From NCBI RefSeq assembly GCF_002571385.2, contig NW_019217787.1:769240-833239 (forward strand): a DNA stretch of 64,000 bases, in the 5' to 3' direction. The position numbers were made by a program, and so were the translations under genes. The notes below the pieces were generated by a model. That model saw nothing but the letters and a program-made list of their open reading frames with translations. It was not told the origin of the DNA and searched no databases. Within the stretch, counting starts at the first letter, position 1. Every line of letters begins with the position of its first letter. Source of the stretch: Stylophora pistillata (Eukaryota). Of this stretch, positions 51,572 to 63,475 are shown one piece after another.

Positions 51572-51602
<31 letters not shown>

Positions 51603-51730
51603 CAATATGATACAAACAACGCTTAAAGGGAAGTTTGATAGGAAAGTTTAAATCTGGGAAGGGGTGTTTACATCTGTTGGCGGACTTGCACCGGGGGTTT
51701 AAATCCGCGAGGGGACCAAATCCGCTATGC
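51480..51730. mobile_element. Non-autonomous element containing telomere-like (TTAGGG/TTTAGGG) repeats, Helentron-associated-like
   Basis: GCGGATTTGG (51508) and CCAAATCCGC (about 51716) are inverted subterminal motifs bracketing about 9 degenerate TTAGGG units (51541-51603). Confidence 0.5.
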
Positions 51731-51744
51731 ACTAGAAAACGAGC

Positions 51745-52700
51745 TCTACTTCAGCGTTTCCCTTTTAGCAAGAAAACAATAGACGAAGATCATGTTTTCT
51801 TGACGTTAACCGTCAGTAATTCTGTGTGAAAACGCTTGGGAATCGCAGCGTTCTTGTCCTTACGAAAACTACAAAAAGCTACAGGAAAGCAATGCAAGCT
51901 GTTTACAAGTGTTTGATAGAGCATGAAAGCAAGAGACGAACAACAATGATCTTTATTGCTTAATCACGGTCATGAATAATTGAGAGAACAGCATCGTTCG
52001 CTTGCTCGGGAAAATTAGAGAAAGACTTTTGGTTGAACAAGCTATACACTAGCGTTTCCATTGAGCAGGAAAAAATCGACGAAGATCATGTTTTCATGCT
52101 ATTAGTAATTTTCTAGGAATACGCATGGAAAATGCAGCGATCGTACGCTCGGGAAAACTAGAGGAAAACGTTCAGGAAGTCAAGCTAGCACTTGCGTTTT
52201 TGTGGAGCAGAAAACAATCGGCGAACTTCTTGTTTTTATGGCATTTACTGTTCGCAATTCTGCAGGGAAACGCTCGAAAAACTCAGCGATCGCGCGCTCG
52301 TGAAAATTATAGAATAACGTTCAGGAAAACGAGCTAGAAACTAGCGTTTTCGAGGAGCAGGAAAACAATTGACAAACATCATGTTTTCATGGCATTTACT
52401 GTTGATTATTTTGTGGGAAAACGCTTGGAAAATGATGCGTTCGCGCGCACGGGAAAACCATAGTAAAATGTTCAGGAAAACAAGCTATACATTAGCGTTT
52501 TCGTGGAACAAGAAAACAATCGACAAACATCCTGTTTTCATGGCATTCACCGTTGGTTTTTTTGTGGGAAAACGCTTGGAAAATGCTGCGTTCGGGCGCA
52601 CGGGAAAACTGTAGAAAAACGTTCAGGAGAACAGGCTAATGATTGGAGTTTTCCTGGTGCTGGATAACTTGAGATGAACTTCGTGTTTTTCCGGAGTTTT
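51745..52700 (+). repeat. Diverged satellite, about 145-150 bp unit x about 6
   Basis: Recurring TAGCGTTTTC..GAGCAGGAAAACAATCGAC...CATGTTTTCATGGCATTTAC...GGGAAAACGCTTGGAAAATG units. Confidence 0.85.
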
Positions 52701-52929
52701 ACTGAGGGTGGGCAATGAATTTGCCGTACGTTTTCAGATATCGGAAAACGTTAGTTTAATGTTGAATTTCTCAGACATTCACCATTTCGTAAAATTAACA
52801 GTGAACGACATTTATTTTTCTGTGTGGGACATGGCACCTTATCAACCGTTTATCTAAAAAGTCTTTTCACACTTTTTAGGTTATCTCTCATAAAAGAGAA
52901 GATGCATAAAGTTAGTTTGATAATTATCT

Positions 52930-54930
52930 TTAAAACATATTGCTCAAAAATTGCTGATCTTGTAAATCGTCTGTGCGCTGAACTCCATCAGCAATGGCAT
53001 CATCTGAATCATGTAATACGTCCTCCACAACATCGTCAGCAATATTAGGTCTGTCATGGTCAGTTATGGCATCACCACCATCATCCTCATGCTCCATGAA
53101 GTCACTACAGCCACCGACACTGTTTTGAACACCCGGGGTAAGACTGACATAATGTTCTCCGCGATTTTCAGCGAGGTGGCGAAGATAGACGGTGGTAAGA
53201 GGCATACTGGATGAGGGGCTAAATGTGTGATTAGCCCCAACACCAAGAGAAGAGATAACGTGGACGTTGACGTTATACAGATTTGCTGCTGCATATAGAG
53301 GAAGCTGATCCCCAAACGTCTGACTGCATCATGTTTTAAAGCTAATCGCCCCCGAGTTTCGTATTCCGGGACCAGCTCTAACAGCGGGAATCCATCGTGA
53401 TTGAGGGGACCACCTTCCAGGTATTCAACTATCTCGTCCCTCAAAGTTTCAGGAGATCGTAAGATACGAAGACCACTTAACTGATTTGCCAAAGCTGCAA
53501 ATTTGCAATCTCCATTTCCAGGAGGATTGTACGTAATTACAACTCCTTGATCCTCTATTATTTTCCCATAGTCTTCCTTTTCCATAGGGATAAGAAATTT
53601 AGCATGGTGGTTTTCTTTTTGCTGTTTTGAAAGCCTGGCCACTCTTTGTTCTTCTCTACTCGTAAGGTTAAACTCGTTAAATCATCAAATGCCAACCACT
53701 TCTTCTCGTTTTTTCCGCTTTCGGGAGACGTGTACGATACTTTTTAAAGGTGCCACTTTAAATTTTTCTTTTCAATGACCGCCTCAGCAGCGAAACGCTT
53801 ATTTTGAAGCCGTCCTTTACCACGAAGGCACACATACACTTTCCCCCAACAGCATATTTTGAGGGTGGATTGGTTCTTGCATACGCCTGTTTCATTCTTC
53901 TTCTTGCTGTGGCGGTGTGGGCGTCCTTTTTAACGACTGATACGTGGTTTTGTAGGCGCTTTCGATCCGCATAGTTAGGGTTACATTTTCTCTTATTCTT
54001 AAGCAGTTCTTTTTCCATTCCTGGGGTCGATGCCCTATCAAGTGAATTACTTCTTCGAGCGAACTAGATCATAAAAAGTGTCTTGTATGCTAATACCTCC
54101 TTTGGATCTTCATTTAGAATTCGCTGATAATTACTCAGATTTTCCGCCCAGTTAACGCCTTTTCTTCCCATTTTTAAGACGTCGTACTTTGTTTTTGATC
54201 CAAGTGGCCTGTGGCTTCTCTCAACCTCCCCTTGTGATTGTGGATGGAAGGAAGGGTCAACTGTTATTAGCTCTATGGTCACCGCCTTGGTCACTTTGAA
54301 TTACGCGCGGTGGCCCGTGCTCTAAATAAATGTTTTCCAGTTCGTCAGAGATGATCTTGCTACTTTTTTCTCTAACTTCACGCAACCAGACGAACCGACT
54401 AAAAACGTCCATTACTGCTACTACATACCGATATGATTTCTTATTTAGAAACACTGTTCCACCCTTGCCCATGTTCACTAAATCCACCTGATACCTCGTT
54501 TGAACATCTTGAGCACGAATGGGTTTGAGTGTAGCCTTGTTAAGAAATTTAGCATTTTTTCTGTAGTGAAGCGTATTAGAGTTCAAGATATTTTGAACTT
54601 CAGCTCGGCCTAGCCCAACAAACGTATGTCGCAAGTTGCTCACTAGCTTTCTTGAGCCTGATCTATTAGTGCGCTCAAATTCTTGTGCCACAAGTTTATC
54701 GACCTCAGAGAGTCAAAGCATTCGACGTCCCCGGTGATACAGCACATCTTTCTCTTTTTCCTTTTGGACGGTTATCTCTCCTTTCGCTCTCCAGTATAAT
54801 ACGCTGATCATTCTGCGCTGCTTCATTCTTTTCCCGGTGGAAGAGGCTCCCCATTAGCAATCTTGATCACGCAATCGTAAATCTCATCGGATACTGCCGT
54901 TGGCTTTCGCTTACCTTGCACTTTCCTTGC
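52930..54930 (-). pseudogene. Ginger-like DDE integrase/transposase with C-terminal OTU cysteine-protease domain, frameshifted
   Basis: QVDL, VMDVFSRFVWL, IQSDQG and HPQSQGEVERSHR supply D-D-E. OTU reads PPGNGDCKFAAL...FGDQLPLYAAANLYNVNV...EHYVSL. No RT or gag nearby. Confidence 0.8.
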
Positions 54931-55479
54931 ACGACAAATGTTAACCGACACAAACCAAATTAAGGTAAAAACGACGACAACTCGTAACAATTGCATCTTT
55001 TCAGGTTTCCAAGCTAATTATCACCGCTGGCCTACTACATGCTATTTATAAATTCCTGGTCGTATAGACTACATTCAAGTGTCTGCATGCTGTCTAGACA
55101 TTAAGTAACCTGGGGTTGGGGAGTTTTCTACCTTTCGCATTTTTTGAATAAATCTCTTATGTTAGTTTTTGTCTCAAATTGAAATGCGTCTATTCTGAGC
55201 TCTCCGTTTATATGGATTTCTTTTTTGATGGACATATTTTTTAGTAATAATAGTTTCTGTAGATTGTTTTCGTTTGCCGCGGCTTCGTAAAAATCGTTTT
55301 TTGTCGCATGCTTTGAATAGGCATCCATTGTGTGGTCATTACCTCTAAGTAAACAATGTTCAACTATTGCCAAAAAAAAGGACTTTAAGCAGACTGAGCA
55401 AAAGATCCTGAAATGTGGTGTAACTCCTAACTAAAACATATATGATATATTTAAGTTCACACAGCAACCAGGTGGACAA

Positions 55480-56093
55480 TTCATAAACCGACCCAGACCG
55501 ACATTAATATCTCGCTTTTGACTCTCACCACCCTATTTACCATAAAAAGTCCGTAGCTAAAACTCTACTCAGGAGGGATGACTGTCTACCGTCTTCACTT
55601 GATTCCAAGGTTGAGGAGTAAAAATGTTTCCGATGTTTAAAAGGCAAATGGCCATACAAAAACATTTCTCCGTAACTGCCATAAACCAGTTACAACTAGT
55701 GACACTCCTGATGAGATGGTACCGGCGACTGGTTTTGTTGTTATTCCTTACATCTAGGGTGTTACGGAGCTCATCAAGAGAATTTTGAATAGCCGCAACG
55801 TTAAAGTTGCTCAAAAACCTTTCCATACTTAGGGGCATATTTTTGCCAAACCTAAGGATCTTACGAAAGAACAACGAACCGATGCTATTTATTCTATTCC
55901 GGGCAATGATTATGATCACGAGTATATCGGACAGACTAATGATCAGTTTGACACATGTTTGAAAGAGCATCAAAAAGCTGTCTTCTTTTGTGAAAAAGAA
56001 AATTCAGCCCTGTCTGAGCAGACATGCCTAACTGACCATACAATTGGGTGGGATAATTCTAAAATTATCACCACTAATCGCCGCTACCACCAG
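55480..56093 (+). pseudogene. Penelope-like RT thumb/GIY-YIG fragment
   Basis: Manual translation gives FDSHHPIYHKKSVAKTL...IPYI*GVTE...AIYSIPGNDYDHEYIGQT...KEHQK...NSALSE. Confidence 0.8.
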
Positions 56094-56104
56094 TGAAAAA
56101 GAAA

Positions 56105-56390
56105 ATTCGTTATCCTAGATCTTGCCACTTGATATAGCTCAGTGCTTCACTTTCCAAAACATTCTGAGGAACTCTGTGGATAAATCTACCTACTTTAACG
56201 TGTAAGCTCTCAATTTCACACAACTTAGCAATAGAACAGGTGCCCCAGACAGATATGCAATATGTTACTTGTGGAATTACTGTACCAAAGTAAAATGTTT
56301 CTAGTAGTTTGGGTGATAGATATCGCATTTTTTCAGTACATGATACTGACTGCTTAATGATTTATGTATCTTCTCTAACTGATCTCTCTC
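56105..56390 (-). pseudogene. CR1/L2-group RT C-terminal fragment
   Basis: LETFYFGTVIPQVTYCISVWG motif. Confidence 0.65.
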
Positions 56391-56489
56391 TCCTTGTCAG
56401 TTTGTTGTCAATCACCACACTCATTAATTTTGTTCTGGTTGTGTAGTCGATTCACAGGCAACATTGAATCATTCCCTTTACAACATGGC

Positions 56490-56913
56490 ATGCCAGGCCT
56501 TTACAACATGGCTCCTGGGTATATCACATCACTTCTCAAAGAGCGCAGTCAAAGTGCATATGATTTAAGGGGTAAAAGGAAATTACAGATACCAGCGGTG
56601 AAGACCACAACTTTTGGACTTCACCCTTTCAGGTATCTTGCTGCCTCTGCATGGAATAGCTTATCAGATGAATTAAGAATGTCGGACACTCTAGCCGCTT
56701 TTAAACGTGCCATTAGGAGTTCTATATCTAGTGGGGATTAGTATATAATTAATTAGCAGTTTTATATGAGGTTTTATATGAGTCTTTCGATTTTAAACTT
56801 ATTGTCATTTGTTTTGTAGCTATATTTTCGGAGATACTAGCACATCTAGAGCTATTCATAAATCCGAATGGAAATAAAGTTTATGTAGGTATGTATGTAT
56901 GTATGTATGTATG
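56490..56913 (+). mobile_element. CR1/L2-group LINE 3' end
   Basis: APGYI...YDLRG...FRYLAASAWNSL...FKR, followed by AATAAA and a (TATG)n tail. Confidence 0.8.
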
Positions 56914-57019
56914 TTCCCTTGAGTACATAATGTCCTAACGCATCCAAATATAGTCAAAGGGAAAAATATTTGATTAATAGAACTCGATCGGTGCAAAAAT
57001 CGGACCAGGGTCGCTTTGT

Positions 57020-57071
57020 AATTAGTGACCAGCTTATAAATCGGTGACGATTTATAAGCTGGTCACTAATT
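57020..57071. repeat. Perfect 24-bp inverted repeat with 4-nt loop
   Basis: AATTAGTGACCAGCTTATAAATCG-GTGA-CGATTTATAAGCTGGTCACTAATT. Confidence 0.9.
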
Positions 57072-58799
57072 TTGGTCACTAACCTTTTGGTTGCTGAATA
57101 ATACTTCTTACAGTTAATCTGTAGGCGCACATACTTTTATTGATTGCCACAGCTTTTAAAGATGCATGATGAACGAAGGGTAGTTGGAGAAAGTAGGCCG
57201 TAAAGCAAGATTGTAAATTACATGACCCTACCGTTGGGGCTCAGTCGGCTGATGTTTTTCACCGAAAGATTGATTTAATCGCCGCCACGATGGGCTTTGT
57301 GTTTCACATTATTTGGGCTGATACGCATCCCAAAGCCATACAGCCCAAACTTGACTCGCTGTGTTCCTTTTGCTGTTGCAGATATAATTCTTTACACTTT
57401 TCCCACAATATACACATTTCCTTGGAATCTGTTTGGGCCTTTTAAGTCGATTTAAATCTTCTACAGAAGTTGGGACTTCACTATAAACGGTGAGGTTCTC
57501 ACCGGTACCTTTTTCCATCACGTTCATTCTTAGAATTGGAAGTAAAGATAATGAATTTGTCGAATAAAAGTTGAATAATTAGATAAATAAATCAGGTTTT
57601 TTCTCTATGAAACGCTTGAACCAAATATTTACATAATCATTATTCAAGTAGATGTCGGATGTGTAACGTCAGGTTTTTATCAGCTCCTCGGCGTTTTTAT
57701 TTGAGGTGTGGTCACGGTGTTTATTTTAATTTGGTATTGCACAGCTTAATCTTGTCGACAAATAAGTGTGATCAGTCAATTGATTAACGCCGGGCCCCAA
57801 ATAAACGCCGGGTCAATAAAGCCGAATTTTGAATAAATGCCGTGGGTGTCTAATCAAGAAAATAGCCTTGAAAAGAAGAATATAGTGATGTACTTCATCC
57901 TTAGGCAGTGTTACCTTCATGTGTTCATTGGACATCGTTAAAGCGCTATATATTATAATAAAATAACTGGTATACTACGCGCACTCTAATTGGTTAGCAA
58001 CCTGTGCACTATCATACCGGTAAACTCCCGCTTCTTTCCCTATTTCTGATACGGCAGCACCATGTTCGCATGTGCTTGTGTACAAAGAATTGATTTCTGC
58101 ATTAAACAAAATAGCATATGTCTACAGATTCAAACATCTCAACTGCGAAAGAGCGTAATCGACAACATTAATTGTAAGTGTCAGTACACAAACCTTACGA
58201 AGTCTTCAGCATGAAAATTCCCGATTTAAAGACGCAACACGGTTTACGCCACCATTGGTCAAGCTAGCGAAGTGGCGCCTTACGTGCAGTAGGTAATCGC
58301 GGCTGTAATACCATCGCGGCCCTGTTGTTTCCTTCGCGGCCCTGTTGTTTCCTTCGCGCAAGCTGTTGTTTTATTACTAAACCAGAGACGGAAGACAAAC
58401 AAATGACAGTAAAGTTCATCGTTTGAATAAAAAAGCTACAAATGGCCTCTCTCCGTATTTGCTACCGTAGCAAATACTAAGCTTCGTAGCAAATACTTAC
58501 CAATGGGTATTTGCAAATACCCACTTATCGTAGCAAATACCCTCACGAATCTGACTCTTTCTCACTCTGAAAGACATGTCCCATGGGTCTATTATTACTA
58601 AAAGGACAAATAGAAACATTCACTGTGATGTTTATGCTTCAATTTTTAATCTCGTGATATCAATTGATTACACCAATGACAAATATTTAAGAATTTTTAG
58701 CTACTCTGCGAGCTCGAGTAAGCCTAGTGATAGGTATGACTGAGACAGGCTGTACCCTGAACCGGACATTTTGGCGGCCGAGAAATTTCCAAATAAATC

Positions 58800-61700
58800 T
58801 TAGGATATTATCCTCGTTAATTTCACTTCGACGCTGAACCCATTTTTCAGATTTCTAAAGCGGACAGTTTGGCCACTGATTTCCACGTTGGGCGTGTAAT
58901 TTTCAGGTGTGCCATGGACTTGTGTTTCGGCAACAGTTGTTTGTACCAGATTCCTGAGCGTTACTGATACACTCTTTTCTGTACTTGCAGAGGTGTACAG
59001 CAAACTTTCTCCCACATCTTTTGAATTTGTTAGAGAACCTGCACCACTCAAGGCTAGGTCGGGATATGTTATCGCGAGATGGATGAAATGAGTCGTTTCC
59101 TCCACCATTATAAGGCAATCTCCGGAGCTCACTGCCGTTATTGGCCCCTCATCTGGCAAAGCACTCTCACTTCTAAACATGACGTAACTTGTAACAGGAT
59201 GACTGAGGGTTGACCACGACTTGGGTGATTTGAGAAATTGGACAACGTGTGCACGAGCATTCTTCCTCAAGACTTTGTAGACCTCGCTGTTCGCATTGTC
59301 TTGGGCCGTTTGTAGGTCACTAAGCTCTGCATGATGCGATGCAGTCGGTATCAAGACAGCATACTCGTAGCTAGGGTTAGCCGAGCTATGTTGAAACCAC
59401 GCCGTACCATATCTTCCGGATGTGCTACTTTTTCCATCATCTTTTTTGGATGTCTGCGTTGCAACGGTGACCTTTAATATTGGACTACTGTTCATGGGTA
59501 TGTAATAGAAGTTTCCTTTTGCGTCTGTGAGAGTAGTGCTTGAGGATGACGATGGGCTGTGGTCGTAATCAGCCGAAGCGATCTTTTGTGATCCGTCAAC
59601 TTTGATGAAAGACGAAGATGAAAGCTTGTCTTGAAATAATGATGTTTGAGCGATTTTCCTGTTATTTCTTCGAAGTTCAATGTTACTTCCTAAGCCAACT
59701 AAAAGGTTTTCAAACATGAACACTGACTTTTTGAATTTAAATCCGATGTTCCCTCGCCAGTCTGATACGTCGTATCCCGGTTGATCAAAATTCATGCCAA
59801 ACAGTCCGTTCTTCGAGGTCATCGTCCCCTTAAAAGTGAGTCCTCCTGCAAATTTGCGTTTATTGTAAAATCTCCCTGTTCTGCCTATATTCAAGTCATC
59901 TATGTTTGGATTCCCCAGGGCAATGGTAGTAGCCCCAGGAATTTTAGACCAATCCCAACCGTTTTCAATATCGTGATGCTGAAGAGCTGTTTCATTATTT
60001 GCGATAAGGACGGCACCATGACTGGCAAATAAACCAAGCACATTTTCGTCCGCTGAAGTTTCATAGTCCCAGACAAAGTTATTGAAACCTTTTACAGTCA
60101 CTGCCCAGTTCTTACGTCGATGTACAGAAAGAGCGGCGAAGTTCTTAGACCAATGACCTTCAGGGGACTGCTCTTGCGAGTTGCCTTGTGATACGGCAGT
60201 GGAATTAACCTATTAGCGCAAAAGCACATGAACATAACATTTTGAGCATGTTTCATTTTGAGAGACGAATACTTCTTGGAAGTTTAATTTCATTGTTTAG
60301 TTACATTTCAGTTACGGAAAATGATGTATGCAATGCATAGAAGGTGCTGTTAGCATTATGTTGGAAAGCAAATAATAAAACCTAACTAAATTTTAAGAGT
60401 ACTTAAATTGATTTACTCTAGGTAAACCATGCAACATTAACATCAGTCAGTTAACCGATCTCGAATTTATTTACTTAAAAGCTCCATAAAAAGGAGAACG
60501 ATACTTACTGCTTCCATTATTTGCAGGGATCCCAGACTGTTAAAATAGTACTTTTTTTTGGTTGGTGCTCCATCTTCCAGATAACTGTTGACAGATGAGT
60601 CATTGTATAACCGCAGGAACCATTCTGGATTACTGAAACTACTTACACTTACTCCTGTTGGCACTGAAGTCGGTAAAGTAGCTGGATAAGTCACGCTGAT
60701 GTATGCATAGGCAGGTAGATTCTTCACAAGAGCCATGTTCGAGTATTCCGGGTAACGTCCACTTACACTGGGTGGAGTGGAGTACTTGACTGCCATGAGT
60801 CGCAGTGCCTCTAGTCCTCCTTTGATATGGTTCACACTTGTTGAAGATAAGGCGTACTCAGTTCCTCCCAGAAGATATTGAACTAGAGCTGCATTATGAA
60901 GGGCCGGTGGACCGTAGGCTGATCCATAAAACGATTTGTGGTGATACACCAAGTAGTCTGGTTTTATTAATCCTCCAAGACCTTCGTTGATAGATAACGC
61001 ATTATTCTGCCACCGATTTAAGGCATCCATGTCACGGATTTTAGCTTTGATTTCATCATCCGTATCAGTGGGCATCACAAGTACAATGATAAGTCTATAC
61101 AGCATAAGCGTGATCATACGGTCAGCAGTTGTTCCTTTAAATTCAAAAGATGGCGTTTGGTAGATCTCACCAAAGTCGTTGTACCATTTTGCTGACGCTA
61201 TCAAATCCAGTAATCTGCTTTTGTTCAGAGGATTACTCAGCGAGTCACTGAGGAGAAACAGAGAGTGCATAAACCCAGCACCATCAAGGTTCATTTCATG
61301 GTCAAGGGATCCCAAACCACTGCCATCTCTAAATCCCTGATCTTTTACGAAATCAAGAAGGTTGTTTATCCTACTCAGCCGATGGCGGTTAAGGGTCTCT
61401 ATTGCAGCCGTAATTTGATCCACAGTCAGCGTAGAAGAGCTAGGCAGGTACAATTCAAAAAATGCCTTCATGTTAACGTTCTTTCCTGCAATGGTCTCTA
61501 TCGCTCTTGCTCTCTTACCTGCATTGTTTAACTTTGACCGCTGTTCTGTGGCAACGGCTGTAATCTCGTTTGCACGTGAGCTTAGATGGTATTCTAGTGC
61601 TAATGGTAGAAGATATTTAACCATGATATCTCCGAACTTATCATCAGGTTCACAATTTCTGCAAAACAAGGGAGGTCCCACGATCTCTCCAGTTGCTGGA

Positions 61701-62693
61701 TCAAAGGTTAAAGCATCATACTCATCATGTGCTCTCTTGAATGTTTTTACAAGGTTCTTCCATCGTTTTTCCAGAGGGCTTCCACTGGGGTAATTAGGTG
61801 ACGTTACAGTCTCATCCGAATACCAGTTCTTTAGCCGGCTTTTGATATGATCCAAATGGTTTCTTTTTCTTGCATCAATAGCACTAGGTGACGCAGGGAT
61901 TGTTTGCTGACTCCACCGATAGGTCTGTTGCCAAAAATCTGTTTTGTCATACCAATTCAAACCGAACGGACTAATTGGGGGAACAACTTTGTCCCTTGAC
62001 TGCTTTCCAATACTACACTTAAACTCGAGCTTGTCTATAAAAATAGTTTGAGCTCCGTTTCCGATAAAATTGACTTCATCGATAGCAGTTGGGCTATCTA
62101 AGCTATCATCCGCTGTCCTGCATTCTTTAAACTCGACCCAAATCCCACGCCATCCTACAAAGTCATTTGCGGTAAAGCTTCCAACAGTGTTTGAAGAATA
62201 TTTGAATTCCACTTGCAGTGTTTTTCCTGACATCGATTCTTTGTAGATCCAGACTTTCACGCCACCGTTTCTAAGACAACTGTTAGGAATGGTAAAGGTT
62301 GACGATTTTAACTGCAACTTTGAAGCGCCAGTGGTTTCCCATTTCAGAGATGATGATCCGTATTTCACAGTCTTTTTATCGTTAGAGCGGCTAATCGTTC
62401 CAGTCGATGGCGAGGCAATAGTCCGAAAGCATCCTAACTGCGCAGCACTCTCAAAATCAAATGTCGTATCGTAAGGGCAAGTTGATGGAGCTTGGGCTGA
62501 AAGAAGAAGAATATGCGCCGATTTGCATTGAACAATGTTCTTTCAGCTTTTTTATTCAAAACATCTTGTACCATATATTCTTGGGTTTGGCGCTCCATTA
62601 CTGTAAAGTGGCAAAAGACTCACCTTGAATGCAAGTTTTGAAAACTGTCAGGAACAGGGGGACTATCTGCAGCAGAACCCAGAAGCTGAACAT
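58800..62693 (-). CDS. Secreted chondroitin sulfate ABC lyase-like protein (polysaccharide lyase family 8), 3 exons: 62693-62624, 62496-60509, 60209-58800; about 1155 aa
   Basis: Exon 1 encodes the signal peptide MFSFWVLLQIVPLFLTVFKTCIQA. GT-AG introns 62623-62497 (phase 1) and 60508-60210 (phase 0) join in frame (70+1988+1410 nt). Motifs include SSLKW, FVGWRGIWV, DQGF..GSGLG, KPDY..YHH..FY..AY, SGRYP, VHRRKNWAVTVKG, ASHG, GWDWSKIPGATTI and KKSVF..N..V.LGSNI, typical of chondroitinase ABC. Confidence 0.92.
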
Positions 62694-62714
62694 CTTTCTT
62701 TGGACCTGTCGATG

Positions 62715-62748
<34 letters not shown>

Positions 62749-62808
62749 GAAATAATTTTAACAATGGTGATGATGATGACGATGATGATGATGATGATTA
62801 TTATTATT

Positions 62809-63089
62809 CGTATATGTGCACGATCCTTCGCAGTAAAGCACTATTTAAGCAATAGTGAAAATCAGGCCTGTACGGGATTCGAACCACTGACCAGTGTCAG
62901 TGGTTCGAATCCCGTACCCGTACCCGAACCACTGACCAAGGTCAGTGGTTCGAATCCCGTACAGGCCTGAATTTTTTTCAGGTCTGATTTTCACTATTGC
63001 TTAAATAGTGCTTTACTGCGAAGGATCGTGCACATATACGTTTCATAACGCAGTTCATATACATGTATTTCATATATATTTGTTGTTTG

Positions 63090-63092
<3 letters not shown>
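62809..63092 (+). mobile_element. Second copy of the tRNA-derived fold-back element, within (AAT)n/(GAT)n/(TTA)n microsatellites
   Basis: Inverted arms start at CGTATATGTGCACG (62809) and end at CACATATACG (63040). The centre is built from repeated fold-backs of GTCAGTGGTTCGAATCCCGTAC. Confidence 0.85.
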
Positions 63093-63126
<34 letters not shown>

Positions 63127-63475
63127 GCAAAAGCAGTAAAAGCGTCTGGATGCCCAGATATCCTATACAATGATTGGGCGGTAAGCCGTAGCCAATGAAT
63201 GTAACGACTAAATCATGAAAACCCTAGTAATAAAAATCCTAAACTTAATTGCTGTGTATTAAAACCCTCAATCAAAATACTAAAGGTTCCACACATCACT
63301 ATGAAAACACTTAAATGCAATAAAACATCTAATATCCCTTATTTCAAATCTCAAAGCGCCTCGCAATATTTAGGGAAATGTGGCAATTCCTAATCATAAA
63401 AACCTTAGTCCTAAACGTAATCGCTATTCAGTAAAATCCTCAATCTAAATACTAAAGGTTCTATACATCACTATA

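Noticed and set aside
51541-51603. True telomere or chromosome fusion site
   Set aside because: The tract is short, degenerate, in a single orientation and enclosed by inverted motifs of a dispersed element.
55128-55373. Short ORFs at 55128-55373, 57309-57527, 39833-40066 and 24635-24990
   Set aside because: They have no recognisable motifs or gene structure, so I cannot support a call.
60467-60508. C-terminus VSIVLLFMELLSK of the 633-aa ORF, implying two separate genes
   Set aside because: This is intron read-through past the GTAAGT donor at 60508. Splicing joins it to the 433-aa ORF.
58800-62693. Bacterial contamination as the source of the lyase
   Set aside because: It has two in-frame spliceosomal introns and a separate signal-peptide exon, and is contiguous without gaps with animal repeats on both sides.
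62625-62970. Poly-N/D/I/M ORFs on the + strand
   Set aside because: They are translations of microsatellites and the hairpin repeat.
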